A DNA stretch of 16,688 bases from an uncultured bacterium. Lineage in GTDB: Bacteria; CSSED10-310; CAZUFC01. A program made the translations under genes and the position numbers. The stretch lies in assembly GCA_964619725.1 (NCBI GenBank), contig CAZUFC010000107.1, positions 1 through 16,688 of the forward strand, in the 5' to 3' direction. Shown piece by piece: positions 1 to 7,553 of the stretch. Each line of letters begins with the position of its first letter. Position 1 is the stretch's first letter. Under the pieces are notes generated by a model. That model saw only the letters and a list, made by a program, of their open reading frames with translations. It did not search any database and was not told the origin of the DNA.

Positions 1-1706
1 GGCCGCAGGGGCCGCAAGGCGACAGAGGACCCTCCGGACCGACGGGAGCCACGGGTTCGCGAGGACCGTCCGGTCCGACAGGTGCGACAGGCGCTACGGG
101 AGCCACTGGACCTCAGGGCGTCAGAGGGCCGTCAGGACCCACTGGTTCAACCGGAGCCAGAGGGCCGTCAGGACCCACTGGGTCCACGGGAGCGAGAGGA
201 CCGTCTGGACCTCAGGGAGATTCATTCTGGTCTGATTACGGTTCATATATCGCGCCGGATGACGCGACAAACTTCGATATTTACGACAACACTTCCAGCT
301 ATATCGGATTACTTTTCATCAGTTCAACCGAAACCGATTCAGTCACCAACTTTTATAACGACACTTCACATGTGGAATTAGGAAGTGACGGAACCACGGG
401 CGTCTACGCATCCGGCAGCAGCTACGGATGGTACGGTTACGGCGCCACAGCAATGTACGGAAGCGGCAGCAGTTACGGCGGCTACGCCAACAGCGCCAGT
501 ACCGGCTTGTATGCCAGCGGCGGCAGTTACGGCAGTTACAACTACGGCGGCACGGCAGTCTACGCCAGCGGAACCACTTACGGCAGTTACAACGACGGCG
601 GCAACACAGGCTTATATGCCAGCGGCGACAATTACGGCGTCTATTCCTACGGCAGCAGCAATACGGCTGTATACGGCAGCACAACTGGCGAAAATTACGC
701 ATCCATTTACGGTTATCGATACGGCAGCGCTTTAAATGGAACAGGTTATACCAGTTCGGGGCCTCGATCGGCCGTAATGGGTTATACTTTTTACGGCTCG
801 ACTTACGGTTTCGGAGTATACGGCAGTTCCTGGGGCGATTATTATAGAACCGGCGGAACTCACGGCGCATGCAGCAGTTCATGGGGATGTCTGGGCTATA
901 AGAACTCGGGCGGCACCTTTTACGGCGGTTATTTCACCAACTACACTTCTGGCAGCGGCAAGAATGACGAGATTATTCACGGCATAGGCTTCGGCGCTTA
1001 CGGCGGCGTCGCCGGCGGCTGGGTACGCGGCGAAATCATGGGGCTGTACACGGAAGGCGACTACTTTGCCAGCTATTCCAACGGAGATGCCTACGCCACC
1101 GGCGTTATGGCGACTATCCAGGATACGGGCGAATACAGAACAGCCTATTACGGCATTACATCTCCTGATGTCGAGATTATGTCGCATGGAACAGGAATTC
1201 TTTATGACGGACAGGCTGAGATACAGTTCGACAAAGACTTCCTGGCGGCCGTTTCCGATGAAGCGCCTCTTGTTGTGACGGTATCCCCCAGAGGACTATG
1301 CGATCAGCTTTGCATCGTCGATCAGAATTCAGCCGGCTTCACGGTTCAGGAAGCAAACGGCGGCAAATCGAATGTCGATTTTAACTGGATTGCGATCGGA
1401 CGCCGGGCCGGGTACGAAACCCGACCTGCTCTCGCTCAGGAATTAGCGGCCAGGGATTTCGATGACAAGATGCTCAAGGCGGCTTTCAATGAAAACGACC
1501 TGGAAAAAAACGCCTTACCAATATGGCATGACGGCGAAACGCTCAAGTGGACGGAAATTCCCTATCAGGAAAGAATAAAAGAAGAACCTCCGGAACACAT
1601 CGTGCCGGAGCCGTCTAAACCTGTTGAACCTGACCACCAATTCGATCACGAACGACTGCACGAAAGATCGAGAAATCCCAGCAACCTGGCTGCACTTCAT
1701 CGTTAA
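1..1706 (+). CDS. Collagen-like / Tyr-Gly-repeat fibre-like surface protein, 5'-truncated by the window edge (at least 567 aa)
   Basis: The frame of ORF 372..1706 is open back to position 3 ([18 protein letters not shown]...), so the GTG at 372 is not the real start. It has 24 consecutive Gly-X-Y triplets (9..224), then ~9-aa GxYA/SYG repeats (393..~950), then a C-terminal beta-rich domain ([12 protein letters not shown]...VVTVSP...GFTVQE...[16 protein letters not shown]). Confidence 0.85.
   Translation, partial: PQGPQGDRGPSGPTGATGSRGPSGPTGATGATGATGPQGVRGPSGPTGSTGARGPSGPTGSTGARGPSGPQGDSFWSDYGSYIAPDDATNFDIYDNTSSYIGLLFISSTETDSVTNFYNDTSHVELGSDGTTGVYASGSSYGWYGYGATAMYGSGSSYGGYANSASTGLYASGGSYGSYNYGGTAVYASGTTYGSYNDGGNTGLYASGDNYGVYSYGSSNTAVYGSTTGENYASIYGYRYGSALNGTGYTSSGPRSAVMGYTFYGSTYGFGVYGSSWGDYYRTGGTHGACSSSWGCLGYKNSGGTFYGGYFTNYTSGSGKNDEIIHGIGFGAYGGVAGGWVRGEIMGLYTEGDYFASYSNGDAYATGVMATIQDTGEYRTAYYGITSPDVEIMSHGTGILYDGQAEIQFDKDFLAAVSDEAPLVVTVSPRGLCDQLCIVDQNSAGFTVQEANGGKSNVDFNWIAIGRRAGYETRPALAQELAARDFDDKMLKAAFNENDLEKNALPIWHDGETLKWTEIPYQERIKEEPPEHIVPEPSKPVEPDHQFDHERLHERSRNPSNLAALHR
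9..224 (+). repeat. Collagen triple-helix (Gly-X-Y)24 coding repeat with a 12-aa higher-order unit
   Basis: Triplets are [18 protein letters not shown]. Near-identical 36-nt copies at 123-158 and 159-194 both begin agagggccgtcaggacccactgg. Confidence 0.95.
393..690 (+). repeat. Tyr/Gly/Ser-rich 8-10 aa coding repeats (probable beta-solenoid)
   Basis: [98 protein letters not shown]. Alternating units give a ~51-54 nt period. Confidence 0.85.
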
Positions 1707-1739
1707 TTTGAAACCATTAAACTGATTAAAAACCTTAAA

Positions 1740-1775
1740 GGGGGTGATGCCGGACGGCATCATCCCCGTTCTTTT
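1740..1775 (+). terminator. Intrinsic terminator of the collagen-like gene
   Basis: GGGGGTGATGCC-GGAC-GGCATCATCCCC (12-bp stem with one G.U pair) followed by GTTCTTTT, 33 nt after the stop. Confidence 0.85.
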
Positions 1776-1973
1776 CCACCGAATTCTTCTTCTCAAATTC
1801 CCTGCTGAAATTTCTAAATATTTGCTGTCAGCTTAATCACATTGCCGAAAAATTAAAAAATCAGTTCACTCCCCTGAGACGGTTCTCACACTCAAAATTG
1901 TTGTGATAGCGTTCAGGTTTACGCAGATTCGAGCGTGGCGGACCGGCGCCCTAAAAATTCTCCTGAATATCTG

Positions 1974-2264
1974 TCATGACTCCCTCGACATTTCCCTTTC
2001 AATTTCCCTCTTCCTGAAAAGCTCCGGTCTGTTGAATCCCGCCGCCGCAAGCAATGAACATCCCGCAGTCATTGACGCTATGGCCGTCGCAGACGACAGA
2101 CCGAATATCGGTACCGCCAGAGCTGCATTACCCAGCGCCAGTATCGATCCAACCATACCCATCCAGAAACGGTATACCGTCTGTTTCTTCACCGCCTTCT
2201 TCCGCTTGCGCGGCATCTCGCCCGCCTGCTCAATCCGCTCCCTCGCCGACTCCTCAATTCCCAC
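1974..2264 (-). CDS. Small hypothetical membrane protein (two hydrophobic segments); start uncertain
   Basis: Basic N-terminal patch (PRKRKKAVKK), hydrophobic FWMGMVGSILALGNAALAVPIFGL and ATAIASMTAGCSLLAAAGF, then a charged tail. An internal ATG (MPRKRKK) is an alternative start. Confidence 0.55.
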   Translation of the reverse strand: MGIEESARERIEQAGEMPRKRKKAVKKQTVYRFWMGMVGSILALGNAALAVPIFGLSSATAIASMTAGCSLLAAAGFNRPELFRKREIEREMSRES

Positions 2265-2394
2265 CCTTCGAAATCATTTCTGCCGGGGCTCCCGCGCCCT
2301 CTGCTGATTTTATCCTGAATTTCCTTTATCTTCAGAACGCTGTGCCTTTCATCTTTTGGTAATGATTCCTATTTTTAAACAATTTTCTATTCAC

Positions 2395-2423
2395 CGTGAT
2401 TAAAAGATTTGAATCTTATCACG
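2395..2423. promoter_or_regulatory. Imperfect palindrome, candidate operator between divergent genes
   Basis: CGTGAT-TAA-AAGATT-TG-AATCTT-ATCACG, ~50 nt upstream of the HTH-repeat gene. Confidence 0.35.
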
Positions 2424-2471
2424 CTCCTTTGAATCTATTAGGACGAGGAGTCGTCTCGGGAGGAAAAAAAA

Positions 2472-3623
2472 ATGATGAAAACGAAAAAGAATCCAACAAA
2501 GGAATTTGACGGAATGGTAATAATGATCGATGAAACCATTCTGAAAATCATTCGATTATACCTTTCGTTGTACAGCAATTACGATGAAGCGGCGGCGGCC
2601 GTATCCATAAATCGTGACACGCTGGTCAAATACAATACATTTTCCAGGACCATGGCCGTCTATATTTTTGAGCGTATAGTCGACGTGCTTGAGGATTCTG
2701 AGAAGCGTCAGGAGTTTTATGAGGTACTGGGATTCCGCAGCACGGAAGACATCATCTCTGCTGGAGTAAAGAGCGATCATACTCAGAAAGACAACGTGAT
2801 GTATGAGATCAATGAGTCTGTGCATGCGTTGTTGAAGAAGTATTATGAGCCGTTTCCGAATTTAGGGGCTGCCGGGTCATCGGTAGGGATCAATCCCCGG
2901 ACATTCAAGGCTTATCTTGACGGCTCGATAGAATCCTTGCCGAAGAAGTATTTCTGGCGTTTGATCCGTGCTTTTGAGCATCGAGGAGTGACTCAGGATG
3001 AGTTGAAGGAGGAATTAGGAATAAGCGACTGGCGTGAAGTGATCAATTCGAGGAGCCGGACGCCGACATTGCAGATAACGAAGGAAGAATTTCATGAAGA
3101 GATGATAAAGTTAATTTTGGAAGGCCGCGTTCGGAGGAAAGATTTTTCAAAAACGATCGTTAATGCCGGCTACCGGTTATTCGGCAGTTTCGGCAAGGCG
3201 CTGAAAATGACGCTCGTTTATTACATGAAAAAGATCGAAGAAATGGAGATGTCGGCTGACAGCAAGAATTTGAAGGCGTTGTATTTTGAGCTGGTAAGGT
3301 TCCGGAAATTTTTAAAGAACTTTTTGAAGGCGAAAAAGTCGGTGTTGAGGGCATTGCCGAAGAAGAGTCGCGTCAAGTGGATGAAAGACATTCCGAATCT
3401 GAAAAAGCTGGCCAGGACCTCGAAACAGACGATGGAGCGGGTGGAGTTCGACAAGAGCCGTCAATATCGTTTGGATGGAAACTACAGCGTAGGAGAAGTG
3501 ATACATCATCCTGGATTCGGCCTGGGCCAGGTTTTGACCATCAAGGACCGCAACAGAATGATCGTTGAATTCTATAAAAGAGGCATGGGACAAAAAACCC
3601 TGATAATGAACAGAAAATATTAG
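2472..3623 (+). CDS. Hypothetical DNA-binding protein: two tandem XRE/Cro-like HTH repeats plus a C-terminal PcrA/UvrD Tudor-like domain
   Basis: SD GGGAGG upstream of the ATG. Residues ~16-95 and ~109-191 align (I-E...Y...N...A...V-IN--T---Y---S...F-R...E...E-LG). The C-terminus YSVGEVIHHPGFGLGQVL...MIVEF...GQKTL matches the G-x-x-V/I-x-H-x-x-FG-x-G-x-V pattern of the PcrA/UvrD C-terminal domain. Confidence 0.8.
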   Translation: MMKTKKNPTKEFDGMVIMIDETILKIIRLYLSLYSNYDEAAAAVSINRDTLVKYNTFSRTMAVYIFERIVDVLEDSEKRQEFYEVLGFRSTEDIISAGVKSDHTQKDNVMYEINESVHALLKKYYEPFPNLGAAGSSVGINPRTFKAYLDGSIESLPKKYFWRLIRAFEHRGVTQDELKEELGISDWREVINSRSRTPTLQITKEEFHEEMIKLILEGRVRRKDFSKTIVNAGYRLFGSFGKALKMTLVYYMKKIEEMEMSADSKNLKALYFELVRFRKFLKNFLKAKKSVLRALPKKSRVKWMKDIPNLKKLARTSKQTMERVEFDKSRQYRLDGNYSVGEVIHHPGFGLGQVLTIKDRNRMIVEFYKRGMGQKTLIMNRKY

Positions 3624-3679
3624 CAGCGATATTTGCTGCCTTCTCTCACTCGATTGTGTTTATCTCACCTTTTTTAACC

Positions 3680-3721
3680 CCTGCGCCGCAATAACCATCC
3701 TGCGGCGCAGGCTCCCCTTTT
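3680..3721 (+). terminator. Probable intrinsic terminator
   Basis: Perfect 11-bp inverted repeat CCTGCGCCGCA-N10-TGCGGCGCAGG followed by CTCCCCTTTT. Confidence 0.65.
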
Positions 3722-4260
3722 CGCCGGAGAGCGCCTCTTTCAATCCTCCCCCAAGCTGCAAAGTGAATCCCGGCGTCCGCCCCCTTGAAGACCTTTTATC
3801 ACATTGATTATATAGACTTTTATCGGCCTGTATAAGCCTTTGGATGAAGAAATTTCTTCCGGAAAAAATTAAAAAAAATTTTCTCTTATTACTGATTTTT
3901 AACCTTATTTCAGTTTCAATCCTTTACTGAATTTGTCCTGGAGAGTTCTTTCAGTTGAGTGAATATTTCAGTTTTTTCCTTGATTCAAATCGGGTTTATG
4001 ATGTAAAAAAATAATAGCTGCAATTTTCACGGATTGTGCTGAATCAATCCTGTATTTCGGCAGGAAATCATCAATTTTTGTTCATTAATTTGAATACGGA
4101 TTTTTGAGAATGTTTTGATGTATTGACTGGATGGAGAAATGAATTCTCCGGCAGGCGGGTGGAAATTTTGGGAGGAAATGTTTTTTTAAATGGAATGAAT
4201 TCATTTTTAATCATAAGTCGCTTTAAGACGGGGGTCGAGCATAAAAAGATCATCGCTGTA
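3722..4260. other. AT-rich non-coding region upstream of dnaA; possible oriC (unconfirmed)
   Basis: Lies next to dnaA with long A/T runs (e.g. 3862-3910). Only degenerate DnaA-box-like 9-mers are present: TTTATCACA 3795-3803 (1 mismatch to TTWTNCACA) and minus-strand TTATACAGG 3827-3835 and TCATCCAAA 3839-3847 (2 mismatches each). No perfect box. Confidence 0.3.
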
Positions 4261-4266
4261 AGAACG

Positions 4267-4295
4267 TTGACAAGCAGCAAGCGACCTGTTATAAA
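4267..4295 (+). promoter_or_regulatory. Sigma70-type promoter of dnaA
   Basis: TTGACA (4267-4272), 17-nt spacer, TATAAA (4290-4295) with extended -10 TG at 4287-4288. SD-like GAGGGG at 4324-4329. Confidence 0.8.
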
Positions 4296-4336
4296 CTGAA
4301 ACCTCGCAAAGAGGGGAGAAAACGAGGGGACTACGC

Positions 4337-5674
4337 ATGACTGACGTATGGGGACAAGCATTAAGAGTAATAGGAACGCAGGTTTCATCGCAGATTTTTG
4401 AAACGTGGTTCATGCCCACATCATGCGTTTCGGTGAACAACAACAAGATAGTCGTTGAAGTGCCGGCTGATTCTTTCAAGGATGTGCTTTCATCACGTTA
4501 CGGGCAGTTAATAGAAAACGTCATTTATGAGATGATGAACAGGGAGATGAGCATTACATTTCAAGTGAACCCCCGGATGCTGGAAGAAGGTTCAGCGGAG
4601 AAGGCAGTGGGTCCTGAGAAGCAGATCGAAGAAGTGGGATTGGGAGAATATTCGGGCAAGTATCTGAACAACCGGTATACTTTCGACAGTTTCGTAGTAG
4701 GCGGCTCAAACGAGTTTGCTCATGCTGCGGCTTCAGCGGTGGCCGAGAGACCTGCGAAGGCGTATAATCCATTATTTATTTATGGCGGCGTAGGATTGGG
4801 GAAAACTCATCTCATGCATGCCATCGGGCATAAGGTTTTATCCAAGTTTCCGTCATTGAACTTACTCTACGTTTCTTCGGAAGCTTTCATGAATGAAGTG
4901 ATATGGGGGATACGGAACGACAAGATGACCAGTTTCCGGCGCAAATACCGTCATATAGACGTTTTACTGATCGACGACGTACAATTCATTGCCGGAAAAG
5001 AGAGCACTCAATCGGAATTCTTTCATACTTTCAACGCCCTGTATGAGGCTCACAAGCAGATCGTCATTTCAAGCGACCAGTTTCCCAAGGATATTTCAGA
5101 TATTGAGGAAAGGCTGCGGTCGCGCTTTGAGTGGGGACTGATTGCGGACATTCAGCCGCCTTCCCTGGAAACCAAAGTGGCGATCCTGCAGAAGAAGGCT
5201 CATCTTGAGGGGATCAAGCTTCCGAGAGACGTTTCTCTTTTCATCGCACAAAAGATCAAATCCAATATCAGGGAACTGGAAGGCTCTCTTATAAGACTGG
5301 GCGCTTACGCGTCTCTGTCGAATCAGACGATTACCAAGGAATTTGCGCGTGATGTTTTGAAAGACATCATTCATGAGGATGAAAAGATCGTCAACATAGA
5401 CTCTATTTTGAAGGCGACGGCCTCGTTTTTCAGCATCAAGGTTTCAGCCATGAAATCAAAAACCAGGGACAGAAGCATCAGTTACCCCCGGCAGATAGCG
5501 ATGTACCTGGCTCGTGAACTGACCGAACTTTCGCTCCCGGCCCTCGGCCGTAAATTCGGCGGAAAAGATCATACCACAATACTTTACGCCTGTAGAAAAA
5601 TTGAAAAACAAATGCAGAAAGACTTGAATACTCGAAAAAAAGTTGAAAATTTGAAACGGATTATCTGTGAATGA
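4337..5674 (+). CDS. dnaA: Chromosomal replication initiator protein DnaA
   Basis: Domain I (W...FETWF), YTFDSFVVG-SN, YNPLFIYGGVGLGKTHL (Walker A), LLIDDVQF (Walker B), RLRSRFEWGL, NIRELEG (sensor II), and the domain IV signature RQIAMYL...GGKDHTTILYA. Confidence 0.99.
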   Translation: MTDVWGQALRVIGTQVSSQIFETWFMPTSCVSVNNNKIVVEVPADSFKDVLSSRYGQLIENVIYEMMNREMSITFQVNPRMLEEGSAEKAVGPEKQIEEVGLGEYSGKYLNNRYTFDSFVVGGSNEFAHAAASAVAERPAKAYNPLFIYGGVGLGKTHLMHAIGHKVLSKFPSLNLLYVSSEAFMNEVIWGIRNDKMTSFRRKYRHIDVLLIDDVQFIAGKESTQSEFFHTFNALYEAHKQIVISSDQFPKDISDIEERLRSRFEWGLIADIQPPSLETKVAILQKKAHLEGIKLPRDVSLFIAQKIKSNIRELEGSLIRLGAYASLSNQTITKEFARDVLKDIIHEDEKIVNIDSILKATASFFSIKVSAMKSKTRDRSISYPRQIAMYLARELTELSLPALGRKFGGKDHTTILYACRKIEKQMQKDLNTRKKVENLKRIICE

Positions 5675-7326
5675 ATTTTAAAAAAATAATTTCGGCTCCT
5701 AAAAAAATTATCATCACATTAACCCTTCTCTCCGGCCTTTCTCTCATGGGATGCGCGGCTTCAAAACATCTTCCTGTGCCCATTCCACAAGAACCGCCGG
5801 CGATCAGCAAAAAAAGTTTAACGAATGATGAGGTCATACGGATCGCTCACGAGCACTTCAGCGCCGGATGCAAGGCCCTGGAATCAGAATCGTGGGAACT
5901 GGCGGAATTTGAATTCAATGAATCGCTGGATATTTTATGTGAGGAAATAGAGAAGCGTGGACATTCTTTTGAGCTTGAAACGGCTTGCATCGATCTTACG
6001 GAAAGGATCGAGCTGATCCATGCGGGATGGAGGAACTTGAGGGATGATTTGCCGGAACCCAAGATGACGGAGGCCTTTAAGGAGTCCGGCATTGAGAGAG
6101 AGAAAGCTGGAAGTATAAACAACGGCGAAGATATAGATGCTTTTGATCATCCTCTGGCTGATGCATGCCTTGATTTTCCCCTGGAAGAAAACCGCGCGGT
6201 CAGCAATTGCCTGCGTTATTTCACGACCATAAAGCGGGACCAGATTCAGAACAGTCTGAACCGCAGCAGTTTATATATCAAAATGATACGCCGTAAACTC
6301 AAGGAGAAGGGACTTCCGCTAGATCTGGCATATCTGGTGATGATCGAAAGCGGATATAATCCTCGCGCCCGTTCTTACGCCAGGGCCCGCGGCCTATGGC
6401 AATTCATTCCCGCCACCGGCAAACTGTATGACCTGAAAATCGACTGGTGGATCGACGAGCGTTGCGATCCTGAAAAATCCACGGACGCGGCCTTGAATTA
6501 TCTCCAATACCTGCATCAAAAATATGATTCCTGGCTCCTGGCCATTGCGGCTTACAACACGGGAGAAAAACGTGTCAGCCAGGCCATAAGAAAAGCGCGC
6601 TCGAAGAATTTCTGGGTACTTTCCCGAAAACGATTGCTGCCCCGGCAGACACGTTCCTACGTGCCGGCATTCATAGCCGCGGTTATTATAGGACGTAATC
6701 CGGAAGCCTACGGATTTGCTCCTCCCGAATTATTGCCTGAACCGCCCCGCATCGAAATTCAACAAACCGTTTCTTTGCAATCTTTAGCCTCAACCTGCAA
6801 CATCAACGAGGAAATACTGAAAGATATGAATCCCCATTTGATCAGGAATTGCTCGCCCCCTTTCAAAGCGGGACTGAGATTGCCGCACGGGATGGAACAT
6901 ATGGTCGTCGAACGCCTGAAAGAATTCACAGGCAAAAATCAGTCCGATTTGCTTCAGCATAAAGTCAATCGGGGAGAAACTCTTTCCATCATTGCAGCAA
7001 AATATGGAACCAGCGTTGAAGCCATTGCTGCAGCCAACGTCATCCATAACGTCAACCTGATTGAACGCGGTTCCGTGCTGCTCATTCCCGCTTCCTCCTC
7101 GCTGAGCATGAGCGCGCCGATCAAACCCTTCAATCCCGATTCCGAAGAAGAACGAAAAAAATACCTGTACAGCATAAGATGCGGCGATACAATCGGAACC
7201 ATAGCCCAAAAATTCAGACTCCCCATGACCGATATACTCCAATGGAACGGCCTGCAAAGAAACCAGACCATCATAGCAGGCGAAACCCTCGTCCTCTGGC
7301 TCCCCATATCATCCTCCGGAAGCTGA
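5671..7326 (+). CDS. mltD: MltD-like membrane-bound lytic murein transglycosylase (lipoprotein, SLT domain plus LysM domains)
   Basis: Signal peptide with lipobox LMGC. SLT motifs MIESGYN (catalytic Glu), GLWQF and AAYNTG. Two clear LysM repeats (HKVNRGETLSIIAAKYG; YSIRCGDTIGTIAQKF) and one degenerate repeat. The start overlaps the dnaA stop (ATGA). Confidence 0.92.
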   Translation: MNFKKIISAPKKIIITLTLLSGLSLMGCAASKHLPVPIPQEPPAISKKSLTNDEVIRIAHEHFSAGCKALESESWELAEFEFNESLDILCEEIEKRGHSFELETACIDLTERIELIHAGWRNLRDDLPEPKMTEAFKESGIEREKAGSINNGEDIDAFDHPLADACLDFPLEENRAVSNCLRYFTTIKRDQIQNSLNRSSLYIKMIRRKLKEKGLPLDLAYLVMIESGYNPRARSYARARGLWQFIPATGKLYDLKIDWWIDERCDPEKSTDAALNYLQYLHQKYDSWLLAIAAYNTGEKRVSQAIRKARSKNFWVLSRKRLLPRQTRSYVPAFIAAVIIGRNPEAYGFAPPELLPEPPRIEIQQTVSLQSLASTCNINEEILKDMNPHLIRNCSPPFKAGLRLPHGMEHMVVERLKEFTGKNQSDLLQHKVNRGETLSIIAAKYGTSVEAIAAANVIHNVNLIERGSVLLIPASSSLSMSAPIKPFNPDSEEERKKYLYSIRCGDTIGTIAQKFRLPMTDILQWNGLQRNQTIIAGETLVLWLPISSSGS

Positions 7327-7501
7327 TCCTGCCCCCTTCGTCAAACCGTTCAATATCTTAAAATACTCATAGAATAAATTCAGTCTGTTCAAATTCGGGT
7401 TACGTTCGATTCAACGAAAAAAAGCACGCATTGAAATCCCGCCGCTGATACGACCGAATGAATGTTGTCTTTACCGGTTTTTTTCAACATGACCTAAAAG
7501 T

Positions 7502-7533
7502 CCAGGATTAAACCGCACATATTCTAATCCCGG
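7502..7533. terminator. Hairpin between convergent transcription units, possible terminator
   Basis: CCAGGATTA...TAATCCCGG imperfect stem 20 nt past the sugar-transferase stop; on the minus strand it is followed by ACTTTT. Confidence 0.4.
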
Positions 7534-7553
7534 CAGAAAAATTATCTTTTCTA

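Noticed and set aside
82-882. Alternative-frame and antisense ORFs over the collagen/Tyr-Gly repeats (82..381, 343..882, 385..735, 428..847)
   Set aside because: Shadow frames of a low-complexity repetitive coding region; their Arg/Cys/Thr-Ala-rich translations are artefacts.
393-960. DGR template or variable region suggested by many AAC/TAC codons
   Set aside because: No second copy differing only at adenines and no reverse transcriptase in the window; the codons are explained by Tyr/Asn/Gly/Ser repeats.
4071-4479. Minus-strand ORFs 4071..4388 and 4207..4479 upstream of or overlapping dnaA (possible rpmH/rnpA position)
   Set aside because: No resemblance to L34 or RnpA, and they overlap the dnaA promoter and start.
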